From positions 81,964,001 to 82,028,000 of the forward strand of contig OZ024747.1 in the NCBI GenBank assembly GCA_964016885.1: a stretch of DNA of 64,000 nucleotides, given 5' to 3'. The DNA comes from Eledone cirrhosa (Eukaryota). This document shows positions 26,943-40,325 of the stretch, piece by piece. Every line of letters starts with the position of its first letter. Position 1 is the first letter of the stretch. A model generated the notes under the pieces. That model had not been told where the DNA came from and did not search any database. It saw only the letters and a program-made list of their open reading frames with translations. Made by a program: the position numbers and the translations under genes.

Positions 26943-28116
26943 TCTTTTACTCTTTTACCTGTTTCAGCCATCCGGCTGAGGCCATGCTGGGGCACCGCCC
27001 TTGTTGCTACACATTTTATCTCCAGCCTGTATAGGTTGGCCACTGGTGTAGGAGGGAGTTTGTTGCTGCTGCCCTTAGGTTTCCCTCGTGTCTTGCTGTG
27101 GGCTCATCCGGGATCCTGGATAACAAGGTGTCGAGATGTTTCTTAAAGACATCCACCTCCACGTCATGCAAGTCTCGCAGATGCCTCGGCAGCCTGTTGA
27201 AGAGTTGAGGGCCCTTGAATCCCAGGCTATTGCAATACCTGCTCCTTATTCTAGATGTGGAAGACGGGACCTTTGGCACCACACAGTGACGTCCTGTTCG
27301 ACGGTTGGTCCAGCTCCCAATGCCAAAGTTTGGTGCTAGTCCCTCCAGGATTTTCCACATGTAGATCACTGCGTATCTCTCCCATCTTCGCTCCAAGGAG
27401 TAGAGGTTCAGTTCCTTTAGCCTCTCCCAGTAGCTTGTCTCCCTCATCTTGGCAATCCTCTTGGTGTAGCTTCGCTGGATTGCCTCAAGCTCCGTGGTTA
27501 GTTTGACACTATGGGGTGACCACAGCTGGGAGCAGTAGTCCAGGCGGCTTAGGACAAAAGTCCTCCACAGTGTCAACATGGTGTCTCGATCTCTTGTAAG
27601 GAAAGTCCTCAAGATCCAGCCAGCGAATCGTCTACATGTTCTCGCCACCTTCATGATGTGTGAAGAAAAAGATGCATCATCGCTCATGTCTATGCCCAGG
27701 TCTCGTATCGATTTTGACACGGGGATATCGGTCCCTCCTGGTCCTGTGTAGCTGTGTTCCGCAGGTTTGTATTGTAGGGCTTGGAATTTGCCAGCATTAA
27801 ACTGCATATTGTTTTCTTCCGCCCATCTGTATATGGCATCAAGATCCTGCTGTAAGAGGGCAGCGTCAGCCGGGTTTTTGATTGCCTGTGCTACCTTAGT
27901 GTCATCAGCATAGCTAGTGAGGGATGTTGTTGCATGCACCACAGAGGGCATGTCCGAGAGAGCCACCAAAAACAGTAGTGGTCCCAGGACTGTCTCCTGG
28001 GGCACCCCACTTGTTATCGGTGTTTCCCTCGAGAGGGCCCCATTTGCTGCGACTGCCTGGCTTCTGTCCCTTAGGAAGCCATGCAGCCACTCACCTACTT
28101 TTCCAGTTATGCCGAG
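26941..28116 (-). mobile_element. 5'-truncated CR1/L2-group LINE (RT domain to 3' tail)
   Basis: Open frame 28116-27016: SGVPQETVLGPLLF, YADDTK, LQQDLD, RLDYCSQLWSP, LEAIQR, LYSLERR; tail ctgaaacaggtaaaagagtaaaagag. Confidence 0.92.
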
Positions 28117-28218
28117 TATACATACATATATATATATATATACATATCAACTTTTTAAATGGAAGTTGAAGTTGTAAGGTATGTCAAATCTATCTATTTA
28201 TAAGACTGTTTATATTGT

Positions 28219-28282
28219 ATTTTGTCTGATGAAGGCATACCATATTTTTAATATGATATCCCTGAAATATATATAATGAAAT
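28219..28282 (+). ncRNA. Type I hammerhead motif (copy 1 of 3)
   Basis: attttgt-CUGAUGA-agg...cct-GAAA-tatata-UA-atgaaat. Confidence 0.6.
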
Positions 28283-28464
28283 AAATATGGTTTTATAAAT
28301 ATAGTTTCCATTTATTTAATATCGTGAATATACTCCAAATACTTGTTGAGTGCTTTTATATCAGTTATAAATATTTACTCGTTGTAACCCAACAATTTAA
28401 ATAAAACTTTGCATATATACATATATATATATACATATATATATATACATATATATATATATAC

Positions 28465-28551
<87 letters not shown>

Positions 28552-28685
28552 TATGCAAAGTTTTATTTAAATTGTTGGGTTAACAACGAGTAAATATTTA
28601 TAACTGATATAAAAGCACTCAACAAGTATTTGGAGTATATTTACGATATTAAATAAATGGACACTATATTTATAAAACCATATTT

Positions 28686-28749
28686 ATTTCATTATATATA
28701 TTTCAGGGATATCATATTAAAAATATGTTATGCCTTCTTCAGATAAAAT
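28686..28749 (-). ncRNA. Type I hammerhead motif (copy 2 of 3)
   Basis: Minus strand: attttat-CUGAAGA-agg...cct-GAAA-tatata-UA-atgaaat. Confidence 0.6.
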
Positions 28750-28905
28750 ACAACATAAACAGTCTTATAAATAGATAGATTCGACATACCTTTCAACTTC
28801 GACTTCTATTTGAAAAGTTGATTTGGTAGTAAATCAACTTTTCAAATAGAAGTCGAAGTTGAAAGGTATGTCGAATCTATCTATTCATAAGACTGTTTAT
28901 ATTGT

Positions 28906-28969
28906 ATTTTGTCTGAAGAAGGCATAACATATTTTTAATATGATATCCCTGAAATATATATAATGAAAT
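28906..28969 (+). ncRNA. Type I hammerhead motif (copy 3 of 3)
   Basis: attttgt-CUGAAGA-agg...cct-GAAA-tatata-UA-atgaaat. Confidence 0.6.
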
Positions 28970-29084
28970 AAATATGGTTTTATAAATATAGTTTCCATTT
29001 ATTTAATATTGTATATATATATATATATACACATATATATATATATATGGTTTTATAAATATAGTTTCCATTTATTTAATATCG

Positions 29085-29091
29085 TATATAC

Positions 29092-29166
<75 letters not shown>

Positions 29167-29179
29167 CATATATATATAA

Positions 29180-29248
<69 letters not shown>

Positions 29249-29309
29249 TATATAAATATATACATATATATATAAATATATATATATATACATATATATA
29301 TATGTATAG

Positions 29310-29350
<41 letters not shown>

Positions 29351-29377
29351 CATATATATATAAATATATATATATAC

Positions 29378-29424
<47 letters not shown>

Positions 29425-29445
29425 TATATAAATATATATATATAC

Positions 29446-29501
<56 letters not shown>

Positions 29502-29514
29502 GTATACACATATA
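29085..29514. repeat. (TA)n/(CATA)n microsatellite
   Basis: Seen directly. Confidence 0.95.
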
Positions 29515-30964
29515 TCATCATCATCATCATCATCAACGTTTAACGTCCGTGTTCCACGCTTGCATGGGTTTGGACGGGGGTAGTCCCACTTGAGGCAAGA
29601 GTGATTGTCTTGCTCGCATAGGACTGTCTGGCAGGTTTTCTACAGTTGGATGCCCTTCCTAACACCAACCACATTTACAGTGTGGGTCTGGGAGGTTTTT
29701 ACCGTGTTGCCTACACGGCCACATTACAGCGTGGACTGTGTGTTTTTTTGTCATGACACCTACACGATCTCATTTGTTTCAGCCTGGATGGCGCGGCACC
29801 AACATAACTTTACATAGAACGGGGTGGTGTGGATGGGGTGGGGGTGGTGGTGGTGGGACGGGGTGTATTTTGTTAGAGATGCCTACTGGCAAGGCGGGTC
29901 TTCTCTGTTACTGAGTACCGCCAAAGGTCTCAGTCCAGTGACATTGTCTTGGAGAGGTGTAAGTGTGTGAGGTCGGAGTTTATTAGCTCGTCCCAGGTTT
30001 TTCTAGGTCTGCCTATTCCGTGGCTACCGTCTATCTTTATTGCCCTGCACTTTGTTATACAGCTATCGACTTTCATGCGCATCACGTGTCCATACCAACG
30101 TAGCCTTCTCTCGAGTAAACAACATCTGATCCCTCTTATTTCTAATTTTTTCCTTAGTTCGTTTATGCTTTGCCGTTCACGTATATTACTGTTACACATC
30201 CAGCGGAGCATGCAAGCTTCGTTCCTCTCTAGTCTGCGTATATCCTCTGCACACAATGCCCAGGTCTCACTGCCATGCAACATTGCTGTTCGTATGCAGG
30301 CATCGTACAACCTGCCTTTCATTTTTAGGGAGAACCCTTTAGCAACTAATAGTGGTATAAGCTCTCTGAACTTTTTCCAACCAGTTCTAACTCTAGCTAC
30401 TGTACTTTCAGAGCACCCTCCCCCACTGATGATTTTATCGCCCAGGTAACGGAAGCTGTCCACTATTTCTATAGAACCCTCTGCGCAATTGAAAGAGCTA
30501 GTATTCTGTGGGCACTTGCTGCTACTTATTGCACCAGAACACCGGCCACATGTAAAATCTATGTTCTTAGTTAGCTTACCTGTGATCCCACTACATCTTT
30601 TATGCACCCATACTTTGCATTTAGGACATAAAATGGAGTTTCTACCTACGCCTTTCCTACACACCGAGCACGACCATTTCCCAGAAGGGACTGCCGCCTT
30701 GTTTTCTTTCTTACAAACTAGAACTTTAGTCTTAGCCAGGTTAATTTTAAGTCCTTTTGACTCTAGGCCGTGCTTCCATGTTTGGAATTTCTTCTCTAGC
30801 TCGGCCATTGATTCCGCTATGAGTGTCAGGTCGTCTGCGTATAGGAGTTCCCATGGGCAGCCGGTCTTGAACTCCTCTGTTATAGCCTGAAGGGCAATAA
30901 TAAATAGTAGGGGGCTGAGAACAGAGCCCTGATGGACGCCAACTTTTACGCTAAACTCTTCACT
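29515..30964 (-). mobile_element. 5'-truncated RTE LINE (RT core, Cys-rich insert, C-terminus, 3' UTR, (GAT)n tail)
   Basis: [47 protein letters not shown]; premature stop at 29930. Confidence 0.95.
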
Positions 30965-31691
<727 letters not shown>

Positions 31692-31762
31692 ATTATGAAG
31701 AGAGAAGAAACATTTAGATATAATTAGTAATAAAATGTATCATACCTAAACTGTTCCTAAAT

Positions 31763-31850
31763 TCCTCGACTACGTAGTTTCGTGGCATAAACAAAAACAA
31801 TATATCAAAGATATAGAGTCCTTGCGAGGTCTGCCGACTTATCAAGAGGA
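31763..31850 (-). ncRNA. Type I hammerhead motif, U3:A8 core variant (copy 1)
   Basis: Minus strand: tcctc-UUGAUAA-gt(c)ggca...tgccac-GAAA-ctacgtag-UC-gagga. Confidence 0.75.
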
Positions 31851-32353
31851 TACCTCATTTTACTAGTCTCAAGAACACGTCTACACGACGTGAGAAAGAA
31901 TCCCAAAAGGCGGAGGGGGAGATAGTCACGCGATATAACGGTCGAGAAACAGAGCTAAGCCTCTTATAACCACGAAGAAAATACCACGGAGGCGGAGGGG
32001 GTATTCATATCGAGGCCGTAGAAGAGGTAGTGAAGAAGGCGAGAAGTATGAGTAATGGAAGCTTTCCAGTTGTCCCCACACTTCAAAGATTGCTCGACCA
32101 GAGGGAGTTATTAATATATTTAGAAACACACAGATACATGCGGACACACACATATATACATGAATGCATCCGCACCCAACTGTGAGTTAAGGGTGCCAAC
32201 TTCACCGATGTTGCTCAATGAATGACTGGGACAGACCAATTCAGTTTGAACCAGACTGAACCAGTATCAGAGTTAAAAATACATTATGAAGAGAGAAGAA
32301 ACATTTAGATATAATTAGTAATAAAATGTATCATACCTAAACAGTTCCTAAAT

Positions 32354-32441
32354 TCCTCGACTACGTAGTTTCGTGGCATAAACAAAAACAATATATCAAA
32401 GATATAGAGTCCTTGCGAGGTCTGCCGACTTATCAAGAGGA
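32354..32441 (-). ncRNA. Type I hammerhead motif, U3:A8 core variant (copy 2)
   Basis: Same sequence as copy 1, 591 nt away in the same orientation. Confidence 0.75.
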
Positions 32442-32765
32442 TACCTCATTTTACTAGTCTCAAGAACACGTCTACACGACGTGAGAAAGAATCCCAAAAG
32501 GCGGAGGGGGAGATAGTCACGCGATATAACGGTCGAGAAACAGAGCTAAGCCTCTTATAACCACGAAGAAAATACCACGGAGGCGGAGGGGGGTATTCAT
32601 TTCGAGGCCGTAGAAGAGGTAGTGAAGAAGGCGAGAAGTATGAGTAATGGAAGCTTTCCAGCTCTGTTTCTCGACCGTTATATCGCGTGACTATCTCCTC
32701 CTCCGCCTTTTGGGATTCTTTCTCACGTCGTGTAGACGTGTTCTTGAGACTAGTAAAATGAGGTA

Positions 32766-32853
32766 TCCTCTTGATAAGTCGGCAGACCTCGCAAGGACTC
32801 TATATCTTTGATATATTGTTTTTGTTTATGCCACGAAACTACGTAGTCGAGGA
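32766..32853 (+). ncRNA. Type I hammerhead motif, U3:A8 core variant (copy 3, inverted)
   Basis: tcctc TTGATAA (32771-32777)...GAAA (32835-32838) ctacgtag TC gagga. Confidence 0.75.
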
Positions 32854-33092
32854 ATTTAGGAACAGTTTAGGTATGATACATTTTATTACTAATTATATCT
32901 AAATGTTTCTTCTCTCTTCATAATGTATTTTTAACTCTGATACTGGTTCAGTCTGGTTCAAACTGAATTGGTCTGTCCCAGTCATTCATTGAGCAACATC
33001 GGTGAAGTTGGCACCCTTAACTCACAGTTGGGTGCGGATGCATTCATGTATATATGTGTGTGTCCGCATGTATCTGTGTGTTTCTAAATATA

Positions 33093-33124
33093 TATATACA
33101 TATATATATATACATATATATACA

Positions 33125-33184
<60 letters not shown>

Positions 33185-33185
33185 C

Positions 33186-33258
<73 letters not shown>

Positions 33259-33287
33259 CATACATATATATATATATACATATATAC

Positions 33288-33338
<51 letters not shown>

Positions 33339-33541
33339 TATACATATATATATATATACATATATATACATATATATATATACATATATATACATATATA
33401 TACATATATATACATATATATATATATATACATATATATACATATATATATATATACATATATATACATATATATACATATATATACATATATATATATA
33501 TATACATATATATACATATATATATATATACATATATATAC

Positions 33542-33576
<35 letters not shown>

Positions 33577-33687
33577 CGTATATATATATACATATATACA
33601 TATATATATACATATATATATATACATATATACATATATATATACATATATATATATACATATATATACATATATACATATATATAC

Positions 33688-33724
<37 letters not shown>

Positions 33725-33797
33725 CATATATATACATATATATATACATATATACACATATATATATATACATATATATATATATACATATATATAC

Positions 33798-33828
<31 letters not shown>

Positions 33829-33916
33829 CATATATACATATATATATATATACATATATATACATATATATACAAATATATACATATATATACAAATATA
33901 TATATATATATACAAA
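33093..33916. repeat. Long (TA)n/(CATA)n microsatellite
   Basis: Seen directly. Confidence 0.95.
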
Positions 33917-34664
33917 TCATCATCATCATCATCATCAACGTTTAACGTCCGTGTTCCACGCTTGCATGGGTTTGGACGGGGGTAGTCCCACTTGAGGCAA
34001 GAGTGATTGTCTTGCTCGCATAGGACTGTCTGGCAGGTTTTCTACAGTTGGATGCCCTTCCTAACACCAACCACATTTACAGTGTGGGTCTGGGAGGTTT
34101 TTACCGTGTTGCCTACACGGCCACATTACAGCGTGGACTGTGTGTTTTTTTGTCGTGACACCTACACGATCTCATTTGTTTCGGCCTCGATGGCGCGGCA
34201 CCAACATAACTTTACATAGAACGGGGTGGTGTGGATCGGGTGGGGGTGGTGGTGGTGGGACGGGGTGTATTTTGTTAGAGATGCCTACTGGCTGGAGTAG
34301 GTTTTACTATATATTTAGGTAAGGCGGGTCTTCTCTGTTACTGAGTACCGCCAAAGGTCTCGGTCCAGTGACATTGTCTTGGAGAGGTGTAAGTGTGTGA
34401 TGTCGGAGTTTATCAGCTCGTCCCAGGTTTTTCTAGGTCTGCCTATTCCGTGACTACCGTCTATCTTTATTGCCCTGCACTTTGTTATACAGCTATCGAC
34501 TTTCATGCGCATCACGTGTCCATACCAACGTAGCCTTCTCTCGAGTAAACAACATCTGATCCCTCTTATCTCTAATTTTTTCCTTAGTTCGTTTATGCTT
34601 TGCCGTTCACGTATATTACTGTTACAGTTCGTTTATGCTTTGCCGTTCACGTATATTACTGTTA
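33917..34664 (-). mobile_element. 5'-truncated RTE LINE, near-identical to 29515-30195
   Basis: Same 3' UTR and C-terminus; intact KTRLT* stop; 40-bp tandem duplication at the 5' junction. Confidence 0.95.
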
Positions 34665-34700
34665 AATATATATATATATACATATATATACATATATATA

Positions 34701-34943
<243 letters not shown>

Positions 34944-36589
34944 GATAATCTATTAACTGTTGAGAGACATTAAAGGAAAAAACATAGCAGGTGTAATTGG
35001 TTTCTTCAATATAATATAAATGTGGACATAGTGAATTTTTCAGCTTTAATGAAGTAGGTGTTAATATTTGAAGTTATAGCAAAGGATATGCTGATGCATC
35101 TCATTTTAATTGGATATATATGATAATGAATTACATGAGTGGAATGTAATTACAGGGTCTATGATGTAGAGACTTTTGGTTATAACACAGATTATGCTGC
35201 TTGATTATTTCTAACATGGCTTTTGAATGAAAACCTAGATACTAACACATATTCACATGCTCATGAATATATATATACACATTCAATATCATGGAGATTT
35301 CATATTTTCATTATATCTTAAGTGTGGACATTACCATAGTAAGAGGGTATTTATATCTAATTTAGGTGCTATTGTTCACCATTATTGAATATTAAACTGA
35401 ATTCACAATTCCCACTCCCAATTTTTTCTGTCATGTAAAAGAAGTTTATAAATTTAGACATTCACATTGAGTATTTGAAGTAATCTCATTTCACAGCTAG
35501 AGGTAGAACAAATAGACTAAAGCAGGTTTTAACGTCTTGGGTGAAATTTTATAATGAAACACTTGTAATAATATCTGCATTGCTCATTCAGTGAAATCAT
35601 TGACTAATACTATTATGTCTTGAGCTTGAATAAACCATTTGAATTCCCACTTTTGTAATCTACTCATTCAAACACTCTCAGACGTACATATCCTACATCC
35701 CTCAAATAATTATATTTACTGAATAAAATTCATATATTTCTACGTTTTCTATCACATAAATGGTTTAGGTTGTTTATTCACACCCAATGAATTTTCTTTC
35801 AAATAAATCTGTAAAATGCCCAGAATTGTAATTTTTTTTTATGACAGTTCCTTGACAGGACTTGACAAAGTCTCTTGATGGTGGTGCCATGATAAAATGC
35901 ACCAGATACACTCTATAATGTGGTAGTGTTGCTGCCACAATAAAATGCACCCGGTAAACTCTCAAATGTGATTGGCATTATAAAGGACATCAAGCCATAG
36001 AAATCATGCCAAAATATGGAATGTATGAGCAAGAAATGATTTTCCAAGGAATCTAGTCTTAGGCAATGATGACTAGTTCAACCTATACTAGTATGGAAGG
36101 AGGACATATGATGATGATGATGCATCTTCTTGATAACAGTAATAGCTGAATAGAGTAATCACAACATTTTGACTGGAGTGATGTGAACTTACATCCCACT
36201 GGGGCTCTGTGCCTTAGAAAAAGAAACACTGAATAATCCCTGCTACACATATAGTATCAAAACAAATAAGAAGAATGAAAACGTGGATAATGAGAGAGAG
36301 GGAGGAAGGGAAAGGGCTGGAGAGAAAAAAACACGCTTGTGGAATGGTTCAATTATTTTGTGACTGTATTGCTCATGGAAAACTCAATTTCAATTAATTA
36401 ATGAAGAATTTCGAAGAATTTACTAAAATTATTATAGCATTTGATTATTAAGATGGTATTCACAGAGTGCTGTAAGTTCATTTATTCTCCTAGTGCTAGA
36501 AAAGGTTATATTTATAAATTTCTTATATTTCAATAAGGGATCCTGTAACCAATTTTTCAACCCTGACCTGGTTTTCTATCAGATGTACT

Positions 36590-36800
36590 TCTTATGGACC
36601 TGCATGACAAGTGATGCAGTATGGTGAACTATGTGGTTGTTCTGTCATGGTTTCTTTTTCAGTTGCTAAATTGAACAAGGGATGCAACTCTTCCTGTAAA
36701 CATGTAGTTCTCTGCTAAGTAGAGTGTGTGTGTCTATCCATTATCAAAACAAATGATCATCTGCACAACCACAATGTTCCTCATGCCAATGCAACAGTTT
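36590..36800 (+). pseudogene. Very decayed RTE-BovB-like RT fragment
   Basis: Frameshifted remnants resembling LHD...V...QGC...SIHY..NDHLHN. Confidence 0.3.
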
Positions 36801-37958
36801 GTCATCGTCTGCCAGTTTGAACTGGTGTATACCCACAGGAAATATACAGATTTATGAATGTTGACTCCCTTTCTTTGTATCCCTAATGGGAGTGTCTGAA
36901 CAGGTTCTATGCCTTGCCAAAGGGCAACAGGTAACTAAATATAATGATATGAGGATTTTACACAAGTTTATCTTCTCCTAAATGCCCACCCCCAAGAAAT
37001 TTATTCTCAATGTCTTGAATTTACTCATTTTCTATTTAGAGAGCCACAATTTCTGCACTGATTTTCACTGCCAGGGGATTTCTTTGTTGCCAGTATAAAT
37101 CCAAGTAATTTCCTATTCTATACTTTATTTCTAAAGGTCAGTGTAAAAATAAATGTGTTACTTGTCATCTGATACTATGACCATAAAGTAGATTTTAACT
37201 AAAGAATTATAGATTTCTATCTCACATAGCAACAGAAATAGCAAGCTACTTGTTGTGGTATTCACTATCAAACAGCAGGAAGGGTCTTACAGTCAAGTGT
37301 GTAGCTAGATATGGGTCCACACAGATATATAAGTACACATATACACACAATGTCCAGCCCCTTAAAAAAAGGGAGCTGGGTTAAGTGGTCAAATATATAT
37401 ATTTTATATATAGATGCGTCTACACACCTATATAAGCTAGTAAACACATATATTCAAATGCACTATTCCAGTATGTGGCCGAACAATATGCTAGAAGCAG
37501 CAGTCAGATCTCCATTAAAATACATGTAAGCTTTAAAAAAGTAGATAAATAAGTTCAGTAGAGTTAATGTTTATTCACCTATCAATCTGAGATTAGTTAC
37601 AAATAGTGGGAGGCAATTTAAAGTATAATACATCTGAGACGATTACAAATCTTAAATTCCTCAGGCCATATCTTATACTGACATATGATTTGCAATTGTA
37701 TCGACATACATTAGATACATATTGTATGTTGCCTATAATAGTTTTATCCCAGAGAAAGTTGTTATTGAGTAATCCCAAGATCAAATACAATTCATTTTCT
37801 TCTGAGAGAAGCTACTATAGCAAATTTACGTTCTGTTTATAGTGATCATAACGCCAACTACATTTACAGTGAACACTGGGTACTTTCGTGATACTTGTAT
37901 ATGATACTTGAATATGTATATGATGCAACACTGATTCTTTGTTCCCTAATTATTACAC

Positions 37959-37989
<31 letters not shown>

Positions 37990-38117
37990 TGCATATAATG
38001 CAAGGCATATGTTGACCTAACACTACAGTGCCACTAAGCAGTATTGAACCCAAATTACATGGTTGTGTAACAAACTTCTTAACTCCACAACTATGCCACC
38101 ACCTTATTAATAGTATT

Positions 38118-38312
38118 TAATAATTGTTTCTACTTTTTGGCACAAGGCCAGCAATTACCCAGTACATTACTGGTACTTTATTTTATCGACCCCGTAATCA
38201 TGAAAGGCCAAGTTAACATTGGCGGGATTTGAACTCAGATCGTTAAGGGACGTAACTATGCTGGAAAGCATGGTGTCTGACCCTCTACCAATACTGCCAA
38301 TCCACCTTTAAT
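38118..38312 (-). mobile_element. tRNA-derived SINE, near full length
   Basis: Same family as 43658-43847; the flank ttaatagtatttaataa is duplicated on both sides (target-site-duplication-like). Confidence 0.85.
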
Positions 38313-38974
38313 AGTATTTAATAATAATAAGTGTATATTATATTATCTAAGTTTGTTTATATATGTGTACATATGTTTGTGTATTCGTGAAAAATATATG
38401 AGCAATAAAAACATTTCTCTTATAATTTTGCTTTATTAAAAAGAAATCATTCTGCTTAAAGATGACAATATTAGGCAGTATCTATAATGAAATATATAGC
38501 AAAATACTCCACATTCAAATGACTGGGAAATGAAGCTTGAGTTTCATTACATAAAATGTAATGAATTTGTCAGTAATGGTAATGTGTTTATATAGGAGAA
38601 ATAAATGTGGAGTCTGCTTGTGAATATTTAAACTGTGCAAAGATAAATTGCATTGCATTAATAAATCAGATGAAAATGAAATTTGACTTTTTCAATTAGT
38701 GTTTTAATTACTCAAAAATCTCAGAATTGTTTTAGTATTCAGTATTGAATAGCCACTTTAAAAATATGTTTGTGCATGCGCACATGTTTATTTCATATAA
38801 TATATATGTCTCTATATATGAACATATAATACATATACTGACATAAACATACAGTTGCTTATTGTAAAATATAATTATGAATATTTACTCATATGTTATA
38901 CATATATATATGTGTGTTGTGTGTGTGTGTATATATATATGTGTGTATATATATATATGCATATATATATGTGC

Positions 38975-39063
<89 letters not shown>

Positions 39064-39134
39064 ATATATGTGTGTATATATATGTGTGTGTATGTATATA
39101 TATGTGTGTGTGTGGAGAGAGAGAGAGAGAGAGA

Positions 39135-39215
39135 AGTTGAGAGATACTGTGCTGAATAGGACCCGTCCCACCCTTGCAAGCAGGGAAAAGCGGACGTAAA
39201 ATGATGATGATCATG
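39135..39215 (+). mobile_element. RTE 3' tail
   Basis: gagatactgtgctgaataggacccgtcccacccttgcaagcagggaaaagcggacgtaaaatgatgatg. Confidence 0.8.
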
Positions 39216-39659
39216 ATACAGTATATATATTGAACTGATGATAACAATTGATGAAGAATAATTGCTGATTATTATAAACAGGGCCTATAAGACACAAGAA
39301 TGGAAAAAATAGGCCTCACCACAGATGTTGAGGCTTATTTTTTCTGTTCTTTGTGTTAATATACACTGTTAGTATCCTATCTTCTTTGGTCAAACATATG
39401 TTGAAAGTTACTAATTCAAATCAAGAAGGAAAATGGACAGATAGACAGACATATCTCTTTGCTTCCCTATGAAATTGATTTAAAGAACTAATATTTGTTA
39501 CTATACTGGTGCTCCACAATTTTCGAATTAACACTAATTACACTGATTTATTGTCTGATTTATTACACTGATTTATTGTCATCATTAAAATTGAATTTTT
39601 AACTAGAGACTTGTCGATACTTATTAAGCCCTATAAAAATACACAAAAATATATCACAA

Positions 39660-39840
39660 AAGAACCAAACTCCCACTGTCACTGCCTCCATCTCTCCTGC
39701 TCTCCCCATCTCTCAGTAATATGAGCAAATAGGGGCCTATGCTTTAGAAGACCCATGTCCCTGACAGACACAATAGAGAAGGCTTTTCCCCAGAGGATGG
39801 TGAGGGAGATGCACTGGTAGAGTCATTCCAGCTCATGTGG
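39660..39840 (-). mobile_element. CRE-like LINE 3' fragment, decayed
   Basis: gaaccaaactcccactgtcact...atgagcaaat...atagagaaggc...gaggatggtg...cattccagctca matches 3540-3706. Confidence 0.6.
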
Positions 39841-40029
39841 CTAAAAATATGATAAGTAAATTCAGACCTAATAAAAAGAAAATTTGTCTGCTCCCACTTG
39901 CTTTGTATCATTGATGATTATCAATGATAATTAAAAGTGAATAGGATAAAAAGTATACAATTACTAAAACATGCATGTATATGTAAATATGTGTAAATTC
40001 AGTGTCCATATGGTCTAATAGTTAAGAAA

Positions 40030-40325
40030 GGTTCAACACTGGAAAATTTCAAAGTATGCAATGCTCGTGACGTTTTCCACATTAACACTATATCTGTAGC
40101 TCTTTACAGTACACAAATAAAACAGTTGGGAAGAACAGACCTATTTTACTCAATGATTGACATGGAGATTTATTAACTGTCAATGCAAAAATCACTCAAA
40201 CTGGAAACTGCAAGGGTGTAAGTGTGAAGGGAAGAGCTGTGTCAGAAGGACTCGGTTTAATTCTTAGCACAATGACATCTTTTCGATAATGTTCACCTTC
40301 TGTAACAATGTCGCCTTCAATCATA
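40030..40325 (-). pseudogene. Helitron RepHel (Pif1-type helicase) C-terminal remnant
   Basis: Minus strand: IEGDIVT...DVIVLRIKPSPSDTALPFTLTPLQFPV*VIFALTVNKSPCQSLSKIG, resembling the IPRI..PSD..LPF...RQFPV..AFA.TINKSQGQSL motif; in-frame stop. Confidence 0.75.

Larger units (their letters stand above)
28146..29085. repeat. Nested inverted/direct repeats of a roughly 270-bp hammerhead-bearing unit
   Basis: Unit forward 28146-28415, TA tract, reverse 28553-28824, loop ggtagt, forward 28831-29010, fragment 29047-29085. Confidence 0.92.
31692..33092. mobile_element. Non-coding Penelope-like/retrozyme-like element: 591-bp unit in partial tandem plus inverted copy
   Basis: Unit restarts at 31692 and 32283; 32660-33092 is the reverse complement of 32115-32548; flanked by (TA)n on both sides; no meaningful ORF. 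Confidence 0.8.
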
